The notes under the pieces are model-generated. The model made no database searches and was not told the DNA's origin. It was given only the letters and a program-made list of their open reading frames with translations. Below, in pieces: positions 44,808 through 53,100 of a DNA stretch of 64,000 nucleotides. Both the position numbers and the translations under genes were made by a program. The DNA is from an uncultured Rikenella sp. (GTDB lineage: Bacteria; Bacteroidota; Bacteroidia; Bacteroidales; VadinHA17): positions 2,289-66,288 of the forward strand of contig CAZVLJ010000005.1 in assembly GCA_964627825.1 (NCBI GenBank). Direction: 5' to 3'. Position 1 is the first letter of the stretch. Each line of letters starts with the position of its first letter.

Positions 44808-47177
44808 TCAGAAACTCTTATGCTCGGTACGTCTGATGATCTCGTTCTGCAGATCTTCACCCAGGTCATTGAAATAATCGCTGTAACCCGCAACGCGCAC
44901 AATCAGGTCGCGGTACAGTTCAGGGTGTTTCTGTGCTTCACGGAGGGTATCGGCGCTGACTACATTGAACTGCATATGGTGACCGTCAAGGCTGAAGTAA
45001 CTCCTTATCAGTGCAGTAAGTTTCTGATAGCTTCCCTCATCCTCAAAAAATTCAGGAGAGAACTTCTGGTTAAGCAAAGTGCCTCCTGTTCTTAGATGAT
45101 CTATTCTGGAGGCAGACTTAATGACTGCTGTCGGACCCTGCCTGTCCACACCCTGGAAGGGAGAGATACCCTCTGAGAGGGGTACCCATGCCTTGCGGCC
45201 ATCGGGGGTTGCTCCGGTGACATTGCCAAAGTAAACATGTGATGTGGTCGGGAGCATATTTATGCGGTGAATCCCTCCTCTGGGAGTGGCCCGGCCATTC
45301 ACTGCATCATAGAAAAACTCGAAGACAGCTGTAGCCTGAGCATCAGCATAATCATCGTCATTTCCGTACTTGGGAGTGTGATAGATCATGTCATACTGCA
45401 TCTCCTCATGCCCTTCGAAATTATCCCTGAGGGCTGAAAGCATCTCATTCCAGGTAAACCTTTTCCTGTCATAGATATTGAACCTGATGGATGTAAGGAT
45501 ATCAGTGATACTTCCGAGGCCCACCCCCTGTATGTAGGTTGTGTTGTACCTGGCGCCGCCGGCGTTATAGTCCCTGCCGTTGGCAATGCAGTCTTCAAGG
45601 AGAAGGGAAAGGTACGGAACGGGAAGATGGATGGCAAAGGTCTTTTCTATTACATTGTTTCCCTGCACCTTGATATCGGCAAAGAATCTGATCTGCTGCC
45701 TGAATGCCTGCATGAACTCTTCAAAGGTGTCAAATGAAGATGGTTCGCCCGTCTGTGGTCCCACCTGCACACCTGTTCGGTGATCGAAGCCGTTGTTGAG
45801 GGTTACCTCGAGTATTTTGACGAGGTTAAAGTATCCTGTCAGCCAGTAGCACTCGGTACCGAAGGCGCCTGTCTCAACGCATCCGGAAGCGCCGCCATTG
45901 CGGGCATCAACTATGTTCTTACCCTGTCTCAGCAACTCCTGGATGATTGCTTCTGTATTGAAGACTGAGGGCTGTCCGAAACCGGTACGGATGATATCCA
46001 GGGCTTTGTGCACAAATGAGTCAGGGCTCTTGCGGCTCACCTGCACCATTGAGCTGGGCTGAAGGATCCTCATCTCCCGGATGACGTCAAGTAGGATATA
46101 GGTCATGGGATTGACCGCATCTGTACCATCAGGCTTCACTCCTCCCAGGTTGATCAGGCAGAAGTCAGTGTAGGTATTGCTCTCCTGTGCCGTGATCCCC
46201 ATCTTTGGGGGTGACGGATGGTTATTGAATTTTACCCAGAAGCATCCGAGCAGTTCATATGCTTCCTCAGGGGTGAGGATACCTTCATTGATGCTCTTAT
46301 GGTAAACGGGCCACAGGTGCTGGTCAAGGCGTCCGGGATTGAATGAGTCCCATGGATTTAGTTCGGTCACTACCCCCAGATGTATGAACCAGTAGTGTTG
46401 AAGCATCTCATGGAAGGTCTCAGGCGCGTGGGCGGGCACGCGACGGCATACAGCAGACATCCTGGCGAGCTCCTCCCTCCTGCCGGCATCCTTCTCCTCG
46501 CCGGCCATCTGTTCAAGCCTGTCAGCATGTCTGCCGGCATACATGATAATGGCATCACAGGCAACGTCCATGGCCCTGAGTTCCTCATTGCGCTCATAGG
46601 CCTGGAGATCATTGCGGAAATCGAGTGCTACCACAGCAGCGGCTATCTCCTCTTTGAGATCCAGAAACCCTGTATGGAACATCTTGTATCCCAGCACAGT
46701 ATGTCCCGGCGCCCTCTGTTCCTGGAACTCGGTGAAAATCCCCGCCCTGTATGCCGCCAGCCATTCAGGAGTCATGCGCTCCATGATGCGGTCACGGTTA
46801 CTGCGTCCCGTCCAGAAGGGTATGATCTCCTCGGTGTAAATCCTCTTTACCTCATCACTCACTCTGAAGAAGACCTTTTCCCGCGTGTTCAGGATATCAA
46901 GATCCTGAATTGAATGAAGGCTTATCTCAGGGTAAGTGGGGGTAGCCTTGGGTGCCGGTCCTCTCTCTCCCACTATCAGTTCGCCTGCATTGATGCATAT
47001 TTCCTTGTTCCTGAGCAGGTACTCAAAGGCACGTGCTCTGAGCATAGGAGCTGAGAGGCCCTGTGCTTCGGTGCCTGAGTAGAACCTGGTTATCAGCTGT
47101 GCCCTCTCCGCGGTGATTGTCTCAATGGCGTTAAGGCTCTGTTCCCTGAGCCTCATTACTCTTTCTGTCATTTTCAT
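44808..47177 (-). CDS. Glycyl radical enzyme, PFL2/dehydratase class (possibly trans-4-hydroxy-L-proline dehydratase-like)
   Basis: 789 aa. Glycyl-radical motif LIVRVAGYSDYF near the C-terminus and Cys-loop GGASGCVETG (the GCVE type found in the dehydratase/lyase class, not the CC of PFL). Length and several stretches (MTPEWLAAY, EQRAPGHTV) match my memory of HypD. Substrate is unverified. Confidence 0.75.
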   Translation of the reverse strand: MKMTERVMRLREQSLNAIETITAERAQLITRFYSGTEAQGLSAPMLRARAFEYLLRNKEICINAGELIVGERGPAPKATPTYPEISLHSIQDLDILNTREKVFFRVSDEVKRIYTEEIIPFWTGRSNRDRIMERMTPEWLAAYRAGIFTEFQEQRAPGHTVLGYKMFHTGFLDLKEEIAAAVVALDFRNDLQAYERNEELRAMDVACDAIIMYAGRHADRLEQMAGEEKDAGRREELARMSAVCRRVPAHAPETFHEMLQHYWFIHLGVVTELNPWDSFNPGRLDQHLWPVYHKSINEGILTPEEAYELLGCFWVKFNNHPSPPKMGITAQESNTYTDFCLINLGGVKPDGTDAVNPMTYILLDVIREMRILQPSSMVQVSRKSPDSFVHKALDIIRTGFGQPSVFNTEAIIQELLRQGKNIVDARNGGASGCVETGAFGTECYWLTGYFNLVKILEVTLNNGFDHRTGVQVGPQTGEPSSFDTFEEFMQAFRQQIRFFADIKVQGNNVIEKTFAIHLPVPYLSLLLEDCIANGRDYNAGGARYNTTYIQGVGLGSITDILTSIRFNIYDRKRFTWNEMLSALRDNFEGHEEMQYDMIYHTPKYGNDDDYADAQATAVFEFFYDAVNGRATPRGGIHRINMLPTTSHVYFGNVTGATPDGRKAWVPLSEGISPFQGVDRQGPTAVIKSASRIDHLRTGGTLLNQKFSPEFFEDEGSYQKLTALIRSYFSLDGHHMQFNVVSADTLREAQKHPELYRDLIVRVAGYSDYFNDLGEDLQNEIIRRTEHKSF

Positions 47178-47208
47178 ATAACTGTCTCCTTCTTCTTTGC
47201 TTTTTTTG

Positions 47209-48009
47209 TCATCCGCCCTTCTTTACATGTATTCCAAGCGGTTTGAAAATATCAATGTATTCGTCGAGATGACCATTTGACACCTGACTGACAGAAGTCA
47301 TCCTGTCATCGATCCCGAAGCGACGATACTTCGAACTGCCGGTCTTGTGATAAGGCAGCAGGTTTATCTCTTTGATATGGCCATTATTACGATTGCCGAT
47401 GAAATCCCTCAGACTCTCCATGTATATGGTATCGGCTGTCACCCCGGGAATGACCGGAACACGTATCATCACATCCTTCTTTTCTGTCAGAAGCATGTCA
47501 AGGTTTGATATGATCAGTTCATTGCTTACTCCGGTATACTTCCTGTGCAGCTCCGGATCAGTATGTTTGATATCATAAAGAAACAGGTCTGTGACAGGTA
47601 TGACAGACTGCAATACCTCCCTCCTGGCATAGCCTGAAGTATCAATTGTAGTATGGAAACCTGACTTTTTGAGAAGAGACAGTGCTTCACGGAGAAATAC
47701 CGGTTGCATCAGTGGTTCACCTCCGGAAAATGAAACACCTCCTCCCGAATGTTCCATGAAGACCCTGTCAGCCTCCGCCCTGGCAACAATCTCCTCCGGT
47801 GTATACTCTCGTCCTACCTGCTCCTCTGATCTGAATTCTCTCTTACCAATCCTGTCAATCTTTTCCACCATTCTTATGCCCGGTGCCTTACCTTCCGGGT
47901 TATGACACCACCAGCAGTCGAGCGGACAACCCTTCATGAAGAATGTGATCCTGATACCGGGACCGTCATGAATTGCATATCTTTTTATACTGAATATCAA
48001 GCCTTTCAT
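47209..48009 (-). CDS. Glycyl-radical enzyme activating protein (radical SAM), minimal form
   Basis: MKGLIFSIKRYAIHDGPGIRITFFMKGCPLDCWWCHNPE (CX3CX2C), and GGGVSFSGGEPL. Only three Cys in the whole protein. ATG 48009 preferred over the track start at 48087. Confidence 0.85.
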   Translation of the reverse strand: MKGLIFSIKRYAIHDGPGIRITFFMKGCPLDCWWCHNPEGKAPGIRMVEKIDRIGKREFRSEEQVGREYTPEEIVARAEADRVFMEHSGGGVSFSGGEPLMQPVFLREALSLLKKSGFHTTIDTSGYARREVLQSVIPVTDLFLYDIKHTDPELHRKYTGVSNELIISNLDMLLTEKKDVMIRVPVIPGVTADTIYMESLRDFIGNRNNGHIKEINLLPYHKTGSSKYRRFGIDDRMTSVSQVSNGHLDEYIDIFKPLGIHVKKGG

Positions 48010-48129
48010 AGTAACTGAATGATTTGCAGGGAAACAGATAAGGGGAAGCAGGGCTTCGCACGCCCTGGACGAAAGGCTAGCTGGCATAGAACATTAGGCA
48101 ATGATAGAGCCTTCTTCCGAGGCGATTCA

Positions 48130-48164
48130 TCATAAACCTGTGTTTCAGACTGTTCATAAACCTG
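48130..48164. repeat. Exact 11-nt direct repeat TCATAAACCTG x2 (24-nt period) in the leader/promoter region of the GRE operon
   Basis: Copies at 48130..48140 and 48154..48164, read directly from the sequence. Confidence 0.7.
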
Positions 48165-48174
48165 ATTTGGTACG

Positions 48175-48206
48175 CAAAGGTAAATAATAATCCCGAAAAA
48201 GCCAAA
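48175..48206 (-). promoter_or_regulatory. Candidate promoter of the activase-GRE operon (-33 TTTG / -7 TAccTTTG)
   Basis: On the minus strand: TTTG (48206..48203), a 20-nt spacer, then TACCTTTG (48182..48175). This implies a leader of about 160 nt before the ATG at 48009. Pattern match only. Confidence 0.35.
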
Positions 48207-48423
48207 TCCGGCACATCCGCACGGATCCCTTACAACATTTAGTTTCTATATCTGATTGTCTTAATGATCATTACAGAAAAAATAAATAGCTTAACATAAG
48301 ATTAACACAAAGCAGATGCAACAGAAGTGGTGGTTAGCGGTCTTTATATCGGAAAGAAGATGGAAAAGGACAGTTCCGCTTTTTCACAGGACAGTTTAGG
48401 TTTTAAACATAAACGGGTTAGTC

Positions 48424-48879
48424 ATGAAAAGAATTATTCTTGGTTTGTTGCTCTTTGCAGCAGTATCAGCACTCTCTTTCGGCAAGGTGATCATCAGGGG
48501 AAATTCCAACACTCCATTTGGCACGTATACGATAGAGGTCTCCGACAAGCCGGTGGTAGTTGCCGGTGAGGAGCTTAAATGCTATCTCATTAACTATGAA
48601 AACTCCCCTTTGCAGGTCAGGGTACTTATTGACAAGGAGAAGAAATGCAAAAATTACGTGGTTGTGTCCGATGACCTTTCAGTCATGTACACATGCAACG
48701 GAAAATTCATGGGTGTAAACATGCTGGGCGAGAAGTACAGCAAAGCAGGGTTGGGTACATCCACTGAAAAGCTTGACAGGTATGATTATTTCCATCAGAA
48801 GGTAATCACACAGGGTAATCCTGCAGAATTTGATGCAATGATGCTTATTGCGTCATTCTATCCTGAGCTCATTAAATAA
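48424..48879 (+). CDS. Hypothetical secreted protein
   Basis: 151 aa. Signal peptide MKRIILGLLLFAAVSALSFG. No recognisable motif. Followed by a strong terminator. Confidence 0.5.
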   Translation: MKRIILGLLLFAAVSALSFGKVIIRGNSNTPFGTYTIEVSDKPVVVAGEELKCYLINYENSPLQVRVLIDKEKKCKNYVVVSDDLSVMYTCNGKFMGVNMLGEKYSKAGLGTSTEKLDRYDYFHQKVITQGNPAEFDAMMLIASFYPELIK

Positions 48880-48953
48880 CTCCGGGAGTAAGATTTTTTT
48901 TCTTTCCTTAATCAGGCCGTCCGGCCTGTATACGATCAGGTTTAGGTTGAATT

Positions 48954-48987
48954 GAAGATACCCCGTCCGGGTATCTTCTTTCTTTTT
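48954..48987 (+). terminator. Rho-independent terminator
   Basis: GAAGATACCC-cgtcc-GGGTATCTTC (10-bp perfect stem) followed by TTTCTTTTT. Confidence 0.75.
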
Positions 48988-49151
48988 GATCCGGCAGAAG
49001 CTGCCTGATATCTTCTTTTCCGCATCATGGACCGGTCTGCCGGGCTACCTTATTATTATTGATTTTTGTCACACGCCGGTAAAAGTAACGAGTTATCTTT
49101 GATGCTTTGATCCGCCTCCTTTTCGGGGAGACCGGTATTAATCAACAGATC

Positions 49152-50894
49152 ATGAAACAAAAGATAAGATTCAGTCTCCTTTACCGTGACATGTGGCAAT
49201 CGTCCGGCAAGTATCAGCCACGAGTTGATCAGCTGACAACCGTAGCTCCGTATATTGTTGAGATGGGTTGTTTTGACCGTATTGAAACAAATGGCGGTGC
49301 CTTTGAGCAGGTACAGCTGCTCTACGGTGAGAATCCCAACACCGCTGTGAGGGAATGGGTTAAACCATTCAACCGTGCGGGGATACAGACCCACATGCTT
49401 GAGAGGGCTCTCAACGGAATAAGGATGTATCCGGTGCCGGCAGATGTCAGGAGACTGATGTATAAGGTCAAGAAAGCGCAGGGTGTTGATATTGCCCGTT
49501 CCTTCTGCGGGCTGAATGATCACCGCAACCTTGAGCTTTCAATAAAGTACGCCCGTGAAGCCGGCATGATATCACAGGCTGCCCTCTCCATAACCCACTC
49601 TCCCGTGCATACGGTTGATTACTACATGACTGTTGTGGATCATCTTGTGGAATACGGAGCTGATGAGATATGCCTCAAGGACATGGCGGGAGTCGGCCGG
49701 CCTGCCTCACTGGGTGAACTTGTCAAAAGGATTAAGAAAAAATATCCCGGTATCCTGGTGCAGTATCACGGTCACAGCGGCCCGGGGATGTCAGTTGCGT
49801 CCATGCTTGAGGTTGCACGTGCCGGAGCTGATTATATAGACGTGGCCATGGAACCTTTGAGCTGGGGAATGGTCCACCCTGACGTGATAGCTGTACAGGC
49901 AGTGATGAAGGATGCCGGTTTTGATGTTCCGGAGATAAACATGGATGCCTACATGAAGGTAAGGTCACTAACACAGGAATTCATTGATGATTTCCTGGGC
50001 TACTTTATTGACCCGCGCAACAGGCAGATGACCTCGCTGCTGATAGGATCAGGGCTTCCGGGAGGAATGATGGGCAGCATGATGGCTGACCTCAAGGGCG
50101 TCCACCAGGGTATCAATGCCGCACTTAAAGCAAAGAAAAAACCGGAGATGACTGAAGATGAACTGGTTGTCTGGCTTTTCAGGGAGGTGGAGCATATCTG
50201 GCCAATGATGGGATATCCCCCGCTTGTTACACCTTTCAGCCAGTATGTCAAGAACGTTGCACTGATGAATATTGTTTCACTGGTTAACGGCAGGGAACGG
50301 TTCGCAATGATTGACCCCAACACCTGGGACATGCTTCTGGGGCGTGCAGGAAAGCTGCCCGGGCCACTGGCGCCGGAACTGGTTGAGCTTGCTGCAAAAG
50401 AGGGTAAAGAGTTCTATGAAGGCAACCCGCAGGACAACTACCCTGATGCCCTCGACGGATACCGTCAAGAGATGAAAGAGAATGGATGGCCACATGGACC
50501 TGACGAAGAGGAGCTCTTTGAACTGGCAATGCATGACAGGCAATACCGTGACTATAAGTCAGGCACAGCGAGGAAGAGATTCCTGAAGGAGATAGAAGAG
50601 AGACAGGCAGAACTATCCAAAACAGGGCCGGTAAAGGTCCCTCCCAGGAAACTGCTGAATGCGCCGGAGAGCGGCATAGCGTTCCTTTATTCGGGAACTA
50701 CAGGAACCTACTGGCCTGACGAGGAACTGCTCAACGTAGGAGAGACGGTGAAGAAAGGAGAGATTCTGATGTATATCATGATAGGAAAAACCATCAGGGA
50801 GGTTCTGTCAGACCGGGAAGGCGTCATTAAAAATATTCTCGTAAAGAGCGGTGACAAGATCAGCAAAGGTGATCCGCTAGTTGAGTTCAGCTAG
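49152..50894 (+). CDS. Oxaloacetate decarboxylase alpha / pyruvate carboxylase B-type carboxyltransferase with a C-terminal biotinyl-like domain
   Basis: LYRDMWQS, carbamyl-Lys context ICLKDMAGVG and metal motif QYHGHSGPG. The C-terminal 50 aa align without gaps to the BCCP fold, with MIGKT in place of EAMKM. ATG 49152 (MKQKIRF...) preferred. Confidence 0.7.
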   Translation: MKQKIRFSLLYRDMWQSSGKYQPRVDQLTTVAPYIVEMGCFDRIETNGGAFEQVQLLYGENPNTAVREWVKPFNRAGIQTHMLERALNGIRMYPVPADVRRLMYKVKKAQGVDIARSFCGLNDHRNLELSIKYAREAGMISQAALSITHSPVHTVDYYMTVVDHLVEYGADEICLKDMAGVGRPASLGELVKRIKKKYPGILVQYHGHSGPGMSVASMLEVARAGADYIDVAMEPLSWGMVHPDVIAVQAVMKDAGFDVPEINMDAYMKVRSLTQEFIDDFLGYFIDPRNRQMTSLLIGSGLPGGMMGSMMADLKGVHQGINAALKAKKKPEMTEDELVVWLFREVEHIWPMMGYPPLVTPFSQYVKNVALMNIVSLVNGRERFAMIDPNTWDMLLGRAGKLPGPLAPELVELAAKEGKEFYEGNPQDNYPDALDGYRQEMKENGWPHGPDEEELFELAMHDRQYRDYKSGTARKRFLKEIEERQAELSKTGPVKVPPRKLLNAPESGIAFLYSGTTGTYWPDEELLNVGETVKKGEILMYIMIGKTIREVLSDREGVIKNILVKSGDKISKGDPLVEFS

Positions 50895-51002
50895 GAGCTC
50901 GCCCCTGTTCATGCTGTAAAACAACCTAATTGCCTTATGAATCATTGTATTTTAGGGTATTAATCTATATTTTAGCCAGCCAAACCCAAACAATTAACCG
51001 TT

Positions 51003-53096
51003 ATGAAGAAATTTTTTGTCATGTTATTGATCGTATCACTCGGAGCAGTATCCTGCAAACAGGAGAAATGCGAAAATCCATTTTACTGTGATTGGGACAC
51101 ACCCTTTGAAGTGCCCCCGTTTGATCAGATTAAATTCGAACATTTCAAACCGGCATACCTGAAGGGCATGGAGGAACAGATGGCCGAGGTCAATGCCATA
51201 ATAAATAATCCGAAAGAACCAACCTTTGACAACACTGTCAGGGCAATGCAGTTCACAGGTAAACTGCTGACGAAGGTCCAGCGCGCCATGGGTCCGCTTA
51301 GCGGAGCTAACACAAATGACTCGATACAGGCACTGCAGAGAGAGATGTCTCCCCTTTTCTCAAAGCACAGGGATGATATAGCACTCAATGAAAAACTGTT
51401 TGAAAGGGTAAAATCAGTTTATGAAAACCGCGACAAGTTTGAGCTCACTCCGGAAGAGAGCATGCTTCTGGAAGATGAGTATCTCGGTTTCATCAGGAGT
51501 GGTATCGGACTCTCACCCGAAGACAAGGAGAAGTTGCGCAAGGTCAACACTGAGCTCTCCCTGCTGGGTGTGAAATTCGGTGAGAACCTGCTGGCTGAAA
51601 CAAATGGCTTCACACTGATAATTGAAAATGAAGAGGATCTTTCAGGGCTTCCTGAAGGTCTCAGGGCACAGGCTGCCGAGGCCGCAAAGGCGAAGGATAT
51701 GGAAGGCAAGTGGCTCTTCACCCTGCATAACCCCAGCTACATTCCCTTCATGACCTACGCTGACAACAGGGACCTGAGGGAGAAGATGTTCAGGGGATAT
51801 TCAATGCGAGGCAACAACGGCAATGCCAATGACAACAACCAGATCCTTGCTGACATCATCAGGCTTCGCGTTGAAAAGGCAAGACTCCTTGGTTACGAGA
51901 GTCATGCCGATTATGTGCTTGAACGCAATATGGCCAAGGAGCCTGAAACAGTGCTCAATTTTCTGGCACAGATATGGGAAGCAGCCCTTCCGGTGGCAAA
52001 GGCCGAAGCTGCTGCCCAGCAGGAGCTGATTGACAGGGAAGGCGGTAAATTCAGGCTCGAGCCATGGGACTGGTTCTACTACACCGAGAAGATACGGAAG
52101 GAAAAGTATGATCTCAGTGACGAGGAGACAAAACCCTATTTCTCTGCCAAAAACGTCACTGACGGCATGTTCTATGTTGCAAACAGACTTTACGGGCTGG
52201 AATTCAGTGAACGGAATGATATTCCCCTGTACCATCCTGATGTAAAGACGTTTGAGGTGATGCGTGACAACAACCATGTTGGCATCCTGATGATTGACTA
52301 CCACCCGAGGGCTTCAAAGCGTGGCGGAGCATGGTGCAGCGCCATGAGGCCCCAGCAGCTTGACGAGAAGGGTAAATTCGTAAACCCGCTGGTAAGCATG
52401 GTGACCAACTTCACTCCCCCTTCAGGTGACACACCTTCACTGCTGACTCCTGACGAGGCCAGCACCCTCTTCCATGAGTTCGGGCATGCCCTGCACAGCC
52501 TCCTTTCAAATACCGAATATACCAGCGGCACTTCACGCGATTTTGTGGAGCTCCCATCACAGATTATGGAACACTGGGTATTCGAGCCGGAAGTGCTGAA
52601 GGTTTATGCAAAACATTACCAGACCGGTGAGGTGATCCCTGACGCGCTCATTGAAAAGATCGAAAAATCTGGTAAGTTCAACCAGGGATTCACTACCATA
52701 GAGTACCTGGCGGCCTCATCGCTTGACATGGAATATCACTCACTTACCGAACCGGTTGAGCTCAATATTGGTGATTTTGAGAAGAAGGCCATGGAAAAGT
52801 ATGGCCTTATAAAGGAGATCATTCCCCGCTACAGGTCCACATACTTCAACCACATCATTGGCGGATATTCGGCAGGGTACTACAGCTATATATGGTGTGA
52901 GCAGCTCGATGCAGATGCATTCAAGGCCTTCAAGGAGACCGGAGACATCTTCAACCCTGAGGTTGCCGCCCGTTTTGAGAAGGAGATCCTTGCCCGCAAG
53001 GGGTCAAAGGATGAACTTGATATGTGGGTCGCCTTCAGGGGCCGCGAGCCGGGGATTGAGGCACTGCTTGAAAACCGGGGTTTTATTAACAAGTAA
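51003..53096 (+). CDS. dcp: M3-family peptidyl-dipeptidase (Dcp-like), lipoprotein
   Basis: Lipobox LGAVSC. Zinc motif LFHEFGHALH. Length and flanking sequence typical of M3A. Confidence 0.8.
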   Translation: MKKFFVMLLIVSLGAVSCKQEKCENPFYCDWDTPFEVPPFDQIKFEHFKPAYLKGMEEQMAEVNAIINNPKEPTFDNTVRAMQFTGKLLTKVQRAMGPLSGANTNDSIQALQREMSPLFSKHRDDIALNEKLFERVKSVYENRDKFELTPEESMLLEDEYLGFIRSGIGLSPEDKEKLRKVNTELSLLGVKFGENLLAETNGFTLIIENEEDLSGLPEGLRAQAAEAAKAKDMEGKWLFTLHNPSYIPFMTYADNRDLREKMFRGYSMRGNNGNANDNNQILADIIRLRVEKARLLGYESHADYVLERNMAKEPETVLNFLAQIWEAALPVAKAEAAAQQELIDREGGKFRLEPWDWFYYTEKIRKEKYDLSDEETKPYFSAKNVTDGMFYVANRLYGLEFSERNDIPLYHPDVKTFEVMRDNNHVGILMIDYHPRASKRGGAWCSAMRPQQLDEKGKFVNPLVSMVTNFTPPSGDTPSLLTPDEASTLFHEFGHALHSLLSNTEYTSGTSRDFVELPSQIMEHWVFEPEVLKVYAKHYQTGEVIPDALIEKIEKSGKFNQGFTTIEYLAASSLDMEYHSLTEPVELNIGDFEKKAMEKYGLIKEIIPRYRSTYFNHIIGGYSAGYYSYIWCEQLDADAFKAFKETGDIFNPEVAARFEKEILARKGSKDELDMWVAFRGREPGIEALLENRGFINK

Positions 53097-53100
53097 AAAC

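Noticed and set aside
47209-48087. Longer versions of several minus-strand ORFs (activase to 48087, Crp/Fnr regulator to 56051, HEAT-DUF1080 protein to 37360, DUF1987 to 26398, NUDIX to 20107)
   Set aside because: In each case an internal ATG yields the canonical family N-terminus or a signal peptide. The extension either overlaps a neighbouring gene or promoter region, or begins with a non-ATG codon.
52858-53100. Upstream extension of the sensor kinase ORF (track start 52858)
   Set aside because: This part overlaps the 3' end of dcp in another frame and translates to Arg/Ser/Pro-rich sequence. The ATG at 53101 gives a proper signal/lipoprotein N-terminus (MFTGMGVPWRFFLSLASLLLISCS).
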